A stretch of DNA of 64,000 nt from Acanthaster planci (lineage: Eukaryota), in contig NW_019091361.1 in NCBI RefSeq assembly GCF_001949145.1, forward strand, positions 62,001-126,000. The letters run 5' to 3'. Under the pieces are notes generated by a model, which saw nothing but the letters and a program-made list of their open reading frames with translations, ran no database searches and was not told where the DNA came from. The translations under genes were made by a program, and so were the position numbers. Within the stretch, counting starts at the first letter, position 1; each line of letters starts with the position of its first letter. Shown in pieces: positions 1-12,885 of the stretch.

Positions 1-36
1 TGACAGCAGCGACACGATAACCGGGACGAGCTGTCT

Positions 37-81
37 GTTATGATGGTAATATTCAAGCTGTAATCGTGTACAAGAGTAAGT
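37..81 (+). promoter_or_regulatory. Candidate X-box-like motif and first-exon splice donor of LC8 paralog 1
   Basis: GTTATGATGGTAAT at 37-50 is a degenerate RFX X-box. The donor aga|GTAAGT at 76 would pair with the acceptor ending at 1544. Confidence 0.4.
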
Positions 82-1579
82 CAGAACTTACCCCTTGTTT
101 ACTATGCAGATACCAGTATTTTACCGAGATACCATTTGCAACACTGTGGCTTCACAATGTATTAAGCATGATCAAATAAACATCATCTCAATTTTCGCTG
201 TTTTTGAGACAAATATTTCGTCAACATAATATTGAGTTTGGTTTAGTTTGCGTGAACTACTTTTCCTGCAGGCAGAGAAAATTCATTATTGAATTACTGT
301 TGTTAACACAAATTTATTTTGAGCTCCATAAAAGTTTGTTTTGTAGCCAGCAACTTAACGCATTATTTAACACGGACTGTGAAACAGAAATGTAGGCCTA
401 CTGAGCTGCACACAGTAAAGAATTATTACGGAGAGATTTTTTATTTTCTGATTACATGTATCTGTATTTCAAGTTTTGTTTTAGTTTTCTATAGGGCGCT
501 CTTAGAGTTTAAATGTCAATGTATAAAATGTCTGGCATACCATACCACTATTACCCTACACATGACGACCGGCGGAATGCACATGCTTACGTTCTATTCA
601 ATCCATTTTTAGATGAGCAGATGACTGCAGCTTGCAGCTTTTAATACTGTTAACCAGCCATGTTGTTTTATAAGTTTTTTAAATTTGTTAACTGATTGCA
701 AAGAATGTTTACCGCATCACTTTTAAACAACTGCAGTTATTTAAGTCTAATGTGTATGCTCTCAGTTACTTCTCATTTGCGAAACCTGAAAATACACTTC
801 CTGTGGACCCAAAGTCCAAATTTTCTGAATAGATATGCTCATAAATTATTTTTCAATTATTTTGCTGGTGGGCATAAAACGATGTTACAATCCACAGTTA
901 TCGCAGATGATACTTGAAAATTTTGTTTCTCATATAATTTCCGTCAGATCTTATTTTAAAATTATTTTTAAAATTTATCTCCAGTGACAACTACTAAAGG
1001 TTATACGTCATTTACTAATTAGTGTATTAAAACATTATCAAAATACACATTACACAGTAAACATTCAACATAAAAAATTCACTATGAAAGATATCTCAAA
1101 ACATCAAGAAATAACAAGAGCTAAAAATAATATACATAAAAAAGGGAAAATATTCAAAGGACATCACAGCCCAAATAGACAGACAGCCCGTCATGCCAAT
1201 TGACAAAAGGCTACAGGCCCGTGAATGACTTCATATAAAAACAATCGAAAACAGCAAAAACATGAAAGGTTATTACAATCCCGTAAACCCTTACTTAGAG
1301 AGTGAGAAAGGTGCAAAAATACTGTTATCCTTACCTTTGGTTTCAAACTGCGCTTGCTTAAGTTATTGGTTGTCCTTTCTAGAAACGATTTGACGTTAAT
1401 ACATGTAATGCCATTCCAAACAATAAGACTTCAAACGGCGTTTTCCGTGTGCATGGGCTATTGCCATAAATTAACCAGTCGAAATTCAGGACTGACTTTA
1501 TCTCTTTCATTTTTATTCTCTATTATTGCCTGTATCTCGCACAGAAATATCAACTAGTTGTGGTTAACCCAGAACTATC

Positions 1580-1861
1580 ATGGCCCAGGATTCTATCCCG
1601 TCGAAAGCTGTGATCAAGAGCGCCGACATGAGCGAAGACGAGCAGCAAGACGCCATCGAATGTGCGCAAAAAGCTATGGAGAAGTTCAACATTGAAAAGG
1701 ATATCGCTGCCAGCATCAAAAAGGAGTTTGATAGTAAACACAACCCGACGTGGCACTGCATTGTGGGTAGGAACTTCGGCAGTTACGTCACCCACGAGAC
1801 TAAACACTTTATCTACTTCTATCTAGGCCAGGTAGCCATATTACTCTTCAAATCCGGGTAG
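1580..1861 (+). CDS. DYNLL: Dynein light chain LC8 family paralog 1 (93 aa, intronless CDS, most divergent copy)
   Basis: The ORF carries the LC8 signature [39 protein letters not shown] pyrimidine-rich acceptor ends at 1544 just upstream, and AATAAA lies at 2053-2058. Confidence 0.96.
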   Translation: MAQDSIPSKAVIKSADMSEDEQQDAIECAQKAMEKFNIEKDIAASIKKEFDSKHNPTWHCIVGRNFGSYVTHETKHFIYFYLGQVAILLFKSG

Positions 1862-3838
1862 CCAGGGCGATTTTCGTAGACGAGTCCGATTAAAATCTTG
1901 CAGAACTTTGGTAATAATCTGAAGGAAAAAATGGAAAAGGTCTGTTTATCATATTTTCCAGTTATAGTTTTGTAGGGTAAAGGTGTCATTCTCATAGCTA
2001 ACAACACACGTTGAATCGCCACTCCAAAACCCCTTCATGTGTTTTTATTGAAAATAAACATGATTGTTTTAAACAAGAGTCCGACATCACATCGTATATA
2101 AAATCCCACTCCAGATCAAGTCGATAGGCTTCAAAGTCATATGCTAATGTGTTAAAATCATATAACAATTATCAGATTCGAATTGTAATTCCCAAAATGC
2201 TGTGACTCTTATGACATCATAATATATTAAACCCTACCTGTGAGGTAGCAACATGATATAGAAAGAGACATAGGGCACCAATAATTTGTATTTTAACACA
2301 GGCATTTGAAAAGTATACGGTAAATAAATTGCCAAAGGAGAAGGTGTTTTTCCAACATTCAAGTGATTCCAATCTTTACATCGTCCATCCCACGCTGCAG
2401 TGGATTGGTACATTTGTGCGCGTCAGTGAAACTTGTAGGAAATTTATTCAAAAATTTTTATCTCTCACCTTGAGTTTAGAGTGTTTTAAGAAACCTTGTC
2501 ACATTATGACGTAATGTCTATGCTTGTTGACGTCCTTAAAATATCCACTGCCTGCCAGACAGTGTCAGTGTGATATTGTTTAATGATAATGTCTCATTGT
2601 ATAAAACACTGTATTGAAGGTGTTGTCAATAATTGGCATCTTTAAACTTAATTATTCCTGAGTTGCTCTGTGCAATCTTGTACCTCATGCAGACATATTA
2701 AAGCCGTATGTTGTACATGGCTTCTAAAACATTTGAATTTGTAGCTTGTATTACATTATCAGATTTTTTGAATTTGTCTCTTTATTTGGTAAAGAAGAAT
2801 TTGTTTTCAGGAAAGACATCAGCATAAAGTTTAAAAATAATAAGTGTATATGTAATATTGCTAAATCACGTACCCCGAAATTCGTCTAAATTTCAGTACA
2901 ATTAATGAATGAGAGAATACTTTTTTTGCTCTGACCTAAGACTGTTATGAGTTGTTATAAGTAGGATATCAATAGAAATGAGTCTGAACTTTGTGTTCAA
3001 TGTATCGGTTCGTTTTAAATCCTCGTGGAGAATTTTCCACACATTGACTAAAGCAGACACAAGGGCACACCTATAATTAGGTTTGGGGATTCACTTTTAC
3101 CATTAGTTAAGCTTGGATTTTGATGTTCTCCGGCGTGCAACAAGTTGACGCTCAAAGAAATAATTTTGTATTTAATTAAATCGTTTTATGAGTATAACTA
3201 CCATTTCTCTCTCGATGTCACCGTATTTAAATTACGATAGACAGCTGAGAATGTTTGTCTAAAAACTTGCCTTTTAATTTTACAGCGTATGTCATTACTG
3301 GTTGCTCTGACCATGACAGACAATACACGTATAGTCACAGCCTCAAAAACAACGATACATTTCCCTCATGAAAAGACAGCTGCATTTAACCTCCTTGGCG
3401 TATTTTGGCAGTTTCCACCAGTGAGCCAAAAGGAAAGAACCCACAGCTCTTTTGCCGGGTTTCAGTGAGATCCATCAATAATTATGGGGAGGATTGAGGG
3501 TTTGTGCCGCCGCCCCTTCGTGACACATACATGCTAACAGAACCAAACTAATCACATAAAAAGAAGAGTAACGATATGAAGCCGATGTCGATGAGATCGG
3601 AAGTTTAATTTGAAAAGTGGCTTGGTCATCGTATAGCTGGCTCGAGGATTGTCAGAGGGTGGGTTCCAAATAAAGCTTAGGATCCGCTTTAACAGGAACC
3701 TACACTACAAGGTCAGGTGCTCCACAAGATATTTTTAAAGGATGTCAAATCCTGAAATCTCAGTGGTGCATTTCAAGCCCTTAAAAAGACAAATCCACGA
3801 CTTCTATTTTGTGGTTTTGTTCCACTAAGGGATGGTTA

Positions 3839-4054
3839 CGGGTGCGGATTCAGAAGGGGGTAGGGCCCCTGTTGTCACACACACACACACCCACACACAC
3901 CATATTATAAATAAAATATGAAATAGCAATACCTGTAAGGGTGTATCAGCAACATTGTCATGCATTAACGTTTCCGCCTGTCTGGACATAAATTCAGACC
4001 TAAGAATTTGAGGGCATGACCCCCCCCCCAGAAACTTTCCTGGAACCACCCCTC
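3839..4054. mobile_element. Degenerate short TIR element (hAT-like MITE) containing a (CA)n microsatellite
   Basis: The ends cgggtgcggattcag and ctggaaccacccctc are imperfect inverted repeats. A (CA)n run lies at ~3875-3900. Confidence 0.4.
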
Positions 4055-4422
4055 AAATAAAATAAAGTTACTGTAAACATGCTGTAAAAGCCTCCAATCA
4101 GCGTCTCCAACTGCCGTTTATTCACCAACCAAAGGCAGTACGTTGAAGTATTGATGCCTGCGGCAAGTTTGTTTCCGTATTATCATATACTTTGTGAGCA
4201 TCAATCATGCGATGCTTTTCAATGCCCAAATTTTGTTCGAAAGAGGTATGCGAAGGTCATTCGCGAGTGGAAACAAACTACCGTAGATTGTTCCCGTAGT
4301 AAATGCACTCGTCATTCAACTTGCCCGCTGACTGCTTTGCATATGTAAAATGCAAAATATGCTCTCAGTAAAATCCGTTGTGGGAGAACAGTCTTTTTCT
4401 GAGCTGACACCAAATACGACGG

Positions 4423-4486
4423 GTTGCTTCCACAGGTTGCCATATCAGTCTCCAATTATCCATCCTTACTGAAATAACGCGTAAGT
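4423..4486 (+). promoter_or_regulatory. Candidate promoter and short non-coding first exon of LC8 paralog 2
   Basis: RFX-like half-sites GTTGCT (4423) and GTTGCCAT (4436), and an Inr-like TCAGTC at 4445-4450. The donor cgc|GTAAGT at 4481 pairs with the acceptor ending at 4702. Confidence 0.55.
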
Positions 4487-4724
4487 ATCGTTCAACTGAA
4501 TTATGAGGCTATATGATACAGACTGTCATGCAAATATTGACCACAAAGATGTTAGAACAAACTCGGAAACCTATATCCACACCGCATTGTTGTTTTTTCA
4601 TAGCATTCATGTGATATCATCTGGCATGTGGTTGAGTGTTTTAATGATTGGAGCAGATTGTTCCAGTTAAAAGTGCTATTTATTTTTCATTTTTATTTCC
4701 AGGTCCTCATTCAGAGTTGCAGCC

Positions 4725-4997
4725 ATGAGTGACCCTCCTAAGACTGTCATAAAAAATGCAGACATGTCTGAGGACATGCAGCAGGACGCAACCAACTGCG
4801 CTGTACAAGCTACAGAGAAGTTTAACATTGAGAAAGATATTGCTGCTTACATCAAGAAGGAGTTCGATAAAAAGTACAACCCGACCTGGCACTGCATTGT
4901 GGGACGGAATTTTGGCAGCTACGTCACACATGAGACCAAGCACTTCATCTACTTCTATTTGGGACAGACGGCCATTCTGCTGTTCAAGTCGGGATAA
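4725..4997 (+). CDS. DYNLL: Dynein light chain LC8 family paralog 2 (90 aa, intronless CDS)
   Basis: Near-canonical LC8 sequence ([13 protein letters not shown]...[17 protein letters not shown]...FKSG) with a GCCATG start context. An acceptor ends at 4702, and AATAAA lies at 5165-5170. Confidence 0.97.
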   Translation: MSDPPKTVIKNADMSEDMQQDATNCAVQATEKFNIEKDIAAYIKKEFDKKYNPTWHCIVGRNFGSYVTHETKHFIYFYLGQTAILLFKSG

Positions 4998-6148
4998 TGA
5001 CTGTCAAAATTGATGTAGTCTTCTTCAGGCCGGGTCCATGGGATGTGGGCCACCCTGACGGACTAATTAGGCATGTGTGTACATGTACAGTACATAGCCT
5101 GTGCACAGCGACAAGCATGCTACAAGTAACATGGCGCGTATTTGGTGTCATTAACCTCAGTTAAAATAAAATTAGTGTATAGGTACATTGTTTCCAAGCT
5201 AATTTGAATGTGTTTTTCAGTGTCATCCATTTCTATACATATATATATATATCAATTTTTACAGATAACTGAATGCCCTCTAAATTGTACTACGAAACCT
5301 GCGTGATTATTTCAGAGCCGTGTTGGGTATATTTTGTACAACTAATTCGAAGTACCGGTACAATTAAACAAAACTTCGAGGTACGAAGAGAATTTTTGAA
5401 CATGCCCAGTCATATTGGAATGGCTTGACTATTTGTGTCGTTGAATTGTACAATTTGACTACTTTCAATCGAGGACCTATTTTTGCATTCGTTTTAAGAT
5501 TACTAGAATGATAAATATTTTCGAAAATGTAGCCTATACAACTCTAATGCAAAAGTGGTGAATTCGGAAAACGATAAACATGCATGACGTTGACGCTCGC
5601 ACTCTGTGGAATAAAGAACTTCAAGTTGATTTCATAATAGCGTTTTAAATCTTCAATCTTCTGACGCTGTTTAGCAGTATGTTTTACCTTTCCAGTTCTT
5701 AAGCTAAGCTATTAAATGGGCGACAATGAATACACTTTTATTAAAAACAATTTAAGATGAAGTGAAACGAGCTTATTGGTGATTCTGTGCTATTCAATTA
5801 AAATTTCAATTTGGCTTTGAGTTAAATTAGTGAACTCGAGGTAAAAGAAAAACAGTTGAGCTATAACCAACTTATCTTCTCCCCTTTGAGTGTGTGAACA
5901 AAGTGTTTCACAGGAGAAGTGCATATTTACATCATTCATTTGGCCAAGTTCAAGTTGTGTGTAGAAACATTTTGGTTGTACAAGTGAATGACTTTAATCA
6001 ATGTGGTTTATCCTTTTGTATTCAAGTTTTCATACTATTCAATGTGTTACAGTTCCTCTGGAGGCTTAAGGTCTGCGATGTTTTTTAAATTCCCGGCTGA
6101 ATCAAATGTAGTACTTCTCAGTGCAACGGCTTGAATCTGTGGTACCAG

Positions 6149-6555
6149 TTAACCCAAAAAATGAGCCTGGGTATTTTGACCCATCTCACAGCCGGGGGAG
6201 GGAGTACTCCACTGTGCCACACTGCCGATATTCTTGTAAAGAAACTCTTTATTACAAATGGTGATCTGATGAAGTCCGAACTCGGTCAGACACGGTTTGG
6301 TTGTTATATACGGTCATTTGAAATTCAAGGCTACATGCGTACCAGCCCGTGTGGAAAAGTGTACATTTTAGGCTGACCTGTCTCGGGAAAAAATACTGAG
6401 CGCTGTGTAAGAACGGTACGTTTGATTTTCACAAAATTAGTGTCAAAATTAGTTTCTCTAAAAACTCCTTAAGGCTCAGCTCCAGAAAAAAACGCATTGC
6501 AGCGATATAGGAAATAATGTCGAGGACAGAATCTGCCCCCAGCTCTTAGGGTTAA
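6149..6555. mobile_element. piggyBac-like MITE
   Basis: TTAA-CCC at 6149-6155 and GGG-TTAA at 6549-6555, with weakly complementary subterminal sequence. TTAA target duplication with CCC/GGG ends is typical of piggyBac. Confidence 0.45.
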
Positions 6556-7278
6556 GGACTATTTTTTGTCATAAACGATTATTCGTCAAGTCAATTCCAT
6601 CCCAGTTCAACACCAGGCGTCAAGAGATCGTGTTAAAGTCTTTTTTTTTTCCAATTTCGTGATTGTGAAGAGGTGATTGTGAAAGTCATTAGATCAGGGC
6701 ATAGACAGTTATGTGGGAAAGACATTGAATCGTTAAGCGAAACTATACCCACAGAATGATTTTCATCAGCATCCCTGAGCTGAGTGTCACTCTACGAGCA
6801 ATGGCCTTGTGGAAAGTGGGAGCAAGGTACCGTAGAGCTTGTAGTCAATTCACCAATCAGCGATCCCCAAATAAATACGTCAGCCTATCAGGTCGAGTGA
6901 CCTAAATATGATGTGCGTTTCTAAACGCGACCTTCACATTTTGTCAATTTCCGTGTGCCGAGTATTCTCTGAATAACAAGTGTTTGTTCCCTCCATACAT
7001 GACTTACCCAGTTATTGTGCTGCACCACTCCTGTGTGCATTCCAAGAGCTGGAGGCACGAACTAACTCGCGTCGAATTCGCAACAATTTACAGCGACTCT
7101 CCCAACTATTGTCCAATTAGAAGTGTTGCTTATATTTAATGTCCAATCACTTTTTTGCTACGGTGTGAGCCCACAGGTGCATGACCACCGAAAGCTCCGA
7201 TCCGTCCCCTCTCTAATTTCCAAAAGTGCACGTTATATTTGTCAAAGGATTGCAGGTAACTGTACACTAGCAAGAAGA

Positions 7279-7339
7279 GTTGTCATCGGTAACGAATCGG
7301 TAGTGTGAACAGTTCAACATAGCTGAGTATCAGGTAAGA
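7279..7339 (+). promoter_or_regulatory. X-box-like motif and short non-coding first exon of LC8 paralog 3
   Basis: GTTGTC-ATC-GGTAAC at 7279-7293 closely fits the X-box consensus GTNRCC-N0-3-RGYAAC. A strong donor cag|GTAAGA at 7334 pairs with the acceptor ending at 7999. Confidence 0.6.
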
Positions 7340-8026
7340 AAACTGCGTGAAACTCATGTAGCCAGTTATTTCAGCCAGGTAACGTGGAATCCATGAAGGG
7401 CCGATCAGCGGGTTATATGACTTGTTTCTGTTGTAGGGGATATCAGTCGCAGACATCTGTACCGTTCGGCCTGTAGGCTGTAATATTTTAATTTACAATA
7501 GGGCTTACATTTTTTAGCAAAAGCATGCATACAAAGGGACACTGAAAAAATGTCCTCGCCATCCGGAAATCTCCGCCAATCATTTCGACAGTAATCTTGG
7601 TTAATTTATTACACACGAAGCTGTTCGTAGTACCGTGGAAGGAGTGCTTGCTTTCACGGGGATTTCTGTTGCGTTACTGAATTTGGAATGAGATGAGAGT
7701 GTTAAATCCCAACTAGTACATGTATACAAATGATGGTATAGTAACGGGGACTCATCGATTATGCTCACAATTTTTCGTCTGAACCAAAGCTCTCCAGGAA
7801 ATTAGAGTCATGTAGCTATTTTTAGAAGAATGGAAAGCATCGAATCACTACTTTTTTCCTCGGTACCACTGCCACTGAGTTCGTACCTTTATTCCCCCAG
7901 CGTACACCCAGCGACTCGAACCGAAAACGCCCCTTCCTCTCACTCCGAATCTTTGAACTGTTGATCAATTGCTTCCTGCTTTCAACCCGTGCTTTTCAGA
8001 CCAGCTGTCGTTTTCAACCAAACAAG

Positions 8027-8299
8027 ATGGCTTCCGACAAGAAAGCTGTAGTCAAGAACGCGGATATGTCTGAAGAAATGCAACAGGATGCCGTTGAGTG
8101 TGCCAAGCAAGCAATGGAGAAGTTCAACATCGAGAAGGATATCGCTGCCTTCGTGAAGAAGGAGTTCGACAAGAAGTTCAACCCGACCTGGCACTGCATT
8201 GTGGGAAGGAACTTCGGTAGCTATGTCACACATGAGACCAAACACTTCATCTACTTCTACCTAGATCAAGTAGCTGTACTGCTCTTCAAGTCTGGTTAA
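8027..8299 (+). CDS. DYNLL: Dynein light chain LC8 family paralog 3 (90 aa, intronless CDS)
   Basis: The true start is the ATG at 8027 ([14 protein letters not shown]...). The ORF track start at 7961 is a TTG inside the upstream intron, whose acceptor ttttcag ends at 7999. The LC8 signature is intact, and AATAAA lies at 8984-8989. Confidence 0.96.
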   Translation: MASDKKAVVKNADMSEEMQQDAVECAKQAMEKFNIEKDIAAFVKKEFDKKFNPTWHCIVGRNFGSYVTHETKHFIYFYLDQVAVLLFKSG

Positions 8300-11200
8300 T
8301 GCCGTGCCGCTGGAACACCAGCCTGGCAGCAGTGAAAAGCAGTGGCTGTTTTGTGGACTTCTTACAACAGCGGTTAATTATGAATTTTAGCCATTCAGGA
8401 CTTGCAAAATATCTTTTTATTTCGCCCTCTGACTTGGTTCCTTGTGAGGTGCCCAGACTTTGGCCAAAAAGAAAAGATGGCTGCTATTAAAGAGTTGCAG
8501 ATATTGCCATGAAGCAATTACATCATACTGAGACTCTCCTGTATCGGGCGCGTAGCCAGAGTTTCTGGTTTCTAATTCCAAAATGTTTATCCCGTTTAGG
8601 TTACGAGTGGTAAAGGCACAAGGAAGAGAAAAGTCACTTGCATTACGTAAAAGTCATGAGATCATTCCTTTTTTTCTACTCGTTTCTGGAATATCGAGGT
8701 ACTAAAATTGCCTTTAATGATATGTTCACATTTAACAGTATACATGACATAATATACTCTATATTCAAGCAAGCAGTAAGATGCATGGCTCTGGGTAAAG
8801 TAAATGTGGACATTCTTGAACAGGTAATCTTTATATTACTTTCAAATTACTCATTTATTATCAACTGATTTGGTTTACCGATATGACCGACGTCTTTAGC
8901 AAATCGCTTTGCGACGGCTTTCGCTGTGTTTGCATTGGTGCCGCATACAAAGGCTAGTTTTAAAGTAAAATGGTTAGAATTGAAATAAAGTTTTGTAAGC
9001 ATTCTCGTTTATCGGTGATCGATTATTAAAAGTTTAGAAATTTAGTTTAAAGGTACTCGGAATGGATGGCCATTGTAACGGATTATGAATAATTATTGTT
9101 CTGAAATTCAACTGAAAATATCTCTAATAAAAAGGTGTTCGTGTGATTTTGCAATGTAGGCCAATTGTTTATCAAAAGTAGTGACTGGCTGAAATATAAA
9201 TTTAAAATTTTCAATGTGAAATAGTGAATAAAAACAAATAAATATATTGTTCAGAGTAACTGAATACCTGATGTTCTAAAATAAAACACTGAATTTGTGT
9301 CTGAGCTGCAAGAGAATAAGGAAACTGGTGATTTTAAGACGGCAAAAGAGCTCTACACTGCGTTGGAGTATTAGTGTCTGATCCTCCATCTTTGAACATG
9401 ATATGCAATCCCAATTTGCTTCTCTCAACTTGACAACTCTTTATGACGCACACAGCGCTAAAACGGTTGGATCCAGTCCCATTTTATACATGATTGTCGT
9501 CGATCGGAGGGGCAAGGTTTGTTGATATCACAAATAAGATTATGAATGTCAAAAAGTTGATTTCTTACTTTAGTTTGGCCGAACGCCATGGTGATAAAGC
9601 TTTCTGTCATCGTATAGGGGTACCCTTTTTTCACAGCTATTTGCAACATAGACGTTGTTGCTTCATGCGTCCATTTTACAGACCAAAAACTAGCCACCAT
9701 TACTAGATAAGCATTGTACCGGCTACTCACGCCATTTTAAAATAATTTTTTAATGACCTTGACTGAGTGCTGGTAGAGGGTGAAAGAGGCGCAAGGCTTA
9801 CACGCTGAGCCTCAAACTTATGCTTCAAAAATTTATACTTGCCTACGTGATAACCATTCTGTGAATTGAGCATTGAAGAATAACAATTTCCCAAGCATAC
9901 AAAAAAGTCTTACTATTAATCGCATGTTTGAACAGAACGTTAATTTCTTCCTTTACATTTCACGCATTTACCATGCATACAATGTACGTCCTCAGGAAAA
10001 AAAATCATTTTCTGAAGATTATTTTCGAGGCTCATAGTACGTACATGTACATGTACATGTGTACGTAGGGCCTGCTTACGGAAGCCTGTCGTGCTCTGGT
10101 TGGACAGTGTGGTCGCCCACACTGTTACCGTGACCCAAAGTACCATGCATATTTACTACAATAACTGTAAATATGTTCTATTACAATAACTGTGATAGTT
10201 CTACCATGGGTTGTAGCTCTGTGGTTCTACATAACAATAGCCCATAACGTCTGCTGATGAATAAATGTGCGCCCTCTTTTGGTCAGTTTAATCAAATTAA
10301 CCATTACTCGATACTTCATAAGATTCGATTCCAAATAACGAAACAAAGCTGATTTTGTTTTACTAAAAAAGAGAGATGCGAAGAAAAGTAGAAAATAATG
10401 AAGTTCTTTCGGGCTCCTCATGTCAAATGTCCGATATTGTAGGTGCCGTTTACACTTGAACTGTGGACCGTTTGGTGGAATTACGACCTAGCATACTTGA
10501 AAAAAGGGGAAAAAATAAAAAAGAAAGGATATTTCAAGGAGCCCGGGTGGCACTTAATTTCGCTGATGGAAATAAGTCCCCGGTGTTAATCTGATAAAAT
10601 TTTGGATTTTTCTTGTAGTAATCATGATTTAGTTGACTTTAACTAATATTGTCTAATTTTCAGTGTACATGTAAAATAAGGGGGCTTATGTTTGGGGTTT
10701 GTTGGCTTTGAGAAAAGCCTACATTTCTTTCAATAACAGCATTTACAAAATACGCCCTAGATTCGTTTTATGAATGATGTAACGTTTAGAAAAAATCTTC
10801 TGGCACAACTGATAAGACATGGGGTTTTCAGCTTCACCGTCATCTCAACTTCACAGTCATTGGGAGCATTTTTTAAAATTTAATTAATCCTCCCTTCAGT
10901 GTAAAAGTCGAATATACATGTACATGTCCTCTCTTCTGAATTAACCTTTATTTAAAGGAACTTAACGTGGTGTGTGTGGTCGATACCCATCTGTGCTTGA
11001 ATCGAATACCTCTCTAAACTCGAAATTTATGGTACCGTTTAAATTCGCCATCTTTAATCACGTCAGAAAATCAATACATGCGACAGATTCCATCCATCTG
11101 GAATTTGGTGACACTCCTATTTTCCGTCTATTTAGATTTCCATGGTGGTCTTGCAGAGTTGACATAAGTTTAGAACGCAGAAGTTTCCTTTCATTTTTTT

Positions 11201-12058
11201 CAAGGTGTTGTTTTTGTCAAAGATTGGGAATCTTAGCCGGTCACCTAATCCGATCACGCACAACGTTTGTGAAGCAGCCAAGACGACCGAGGCTGGCGGT
11301 CGATGGGCTGTGGTCGTCGGTGTGCGTCAGAACTGGTTTCATACCGAAGAGTCGGAAACCAACACAGACCTTCAGGGTGAGTCTCCAAAGAAAAATTTCA
11401 GGAGAGATTTTACTTTAATTCCCTGCCCATGTTCATGCACCAATAAACCTTTTCGACGTTTGTAACGCATTATGGGTGTGGATGACTAATATTAAAATAA
11501 GTGATGCATTTTATGTCAAAAATCAAGTTAACAGTTTTCTACTAAATATTTCTTGTGTATCTGCTCATCAATTCACAGATGCATGCGTATTATCAGATTA
11601 TACAAGAAACATTTTCAAATACATTTTCAAATATTTGTAAGAACAAATCAACCTTAATTGCCTTTTTTTAAGGGCACCAGTCACTCTACAGGCTGAAAAT
11701 GAACATGACTGGTCAAAGTGGGATGCATGAGCTGCAAGCCGTAATTTTGATTGGACAATACGAGTTATTCACGACATTAGTCAGCATGGTCTGTGTCAAA
11801 AAAGTGATGTTGTTGGAAGGAATTCTCCGAATTTTCCTTCTCTACCAAGCTTTAACCTTCAAAGTTTGTATATATGTTCATCCCAAATCAATAATGCAAC
11901 ACTTGTCAGAAGGGGATGACTTGAATTGGAGTATGTAATAAAAGGTTTTGCAGGTAAGCTTCTCCCATAGCGTTGTGCATAAAATGCATTGCATGTATGT
12001 CATCCAAACCCACAATGCATTGCGTACGTTGAAAAGGTTTTTTCACTGCATAGGTCTA

Positions 12059-12885
12059 GCCTAGCCCAGGTTGGATGACGTCTGCATTGCAGTCCTCCTA
12101 GTCAGTCCTAGGCCTGTGCAGAATTTTTTCATTTTTTTCTTATATTTTTACCTAGCAAAGACAGCTCAAAATGTCATTTATAAGTGCCTTGTATCCCAAA
12201 ATCCATAAATGCTGTGTTGAAATTACTAAGTACGCCCGTGGTCAACGTATTTTGCAGGAAATTTTTTGAAATTCCACGCTTTCTGTCGCGATTTGTTAAC
12301 AATCTAGCACATGTATGTATGGAAACATGTTTGTCTATGTTTAGCATGCATACTCGCACATGCGCGAAATGCATAGTAACCTACATGTAGTGCCCCTTAC
12401 GCATGCGCGGAAGAGCCGTGGGTGTCAAGAAGTTGCAGATATGGCCACCATGTCGAAGGGGCTTCCAAAGATACGGCTAGGTCTATTGTCTGCACGTCTC
12501 CATGTATTTCTGATGTAGGGAATACCTAGACCTAGCTCTAGACAACATGCGTAACTGACAGAGTGTGGGCGGAGCTTGGAGGTCATTTCGCGCATGGGCA
12601 AATGCGTACTACCGCACGAATGTAGATCGTTCATGAATCGCGACGGAAAGCGTGGAGTTTCCCAGAATTTTCTGCAAAATATGTTGTCCGCGGGCGTATC
12701 TAGTCCCTTCATCACAGCATTTATGAAATTCGGGATACAGGCACTTTGTGAATGACATTTGAGCTGTCTTTATCAGGTAAAATGCGAGAAGAAACTGTTG
12801 AAAGAAATTTTGCGTAATAGAAGGACTTTTATACCCTGGACGTTAGTCACAATATAAAGAAGACGTTGTCCAGCCTGGCCTAGGC
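12059..12885. mobile_element. Foldback / long-TIR MITE (~830 bp)
   Basis: The arm at ~12059-12371 is an imperfect reverse complement of ~12583-12885 (for example aaagacagctcaaaatgtcatt vs aatgacatttgagctgtcttt). A further copy of the terminus starts at 12888. Confidence 0.8.

Noticed and set aside
7961..8026. 22-aa N-terminal extension of LC8 paralog 3 in the ORF track
   Set aside because: It starts at a TTG within the predicted 5'UTR intron; the ATG at 8027 aligns with the other LC8 starts.
1550..8245. Minus-strand ORFs overlapping all three LC8 genes (1550-1807, 4707-4943, 7982-8245) with mutually similar sequences
   Set aside because: They are antisense shadows of the conserved LC8 codons; their similarity follows from the sense-strand paralogy.
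12184..12715. Pair of similar ORFs on opposite strands (CRKFFEIPRF / CRKFWETPRF)
   Set aside because: Explained by the two arms of the foldback element; I recognise no protein family.
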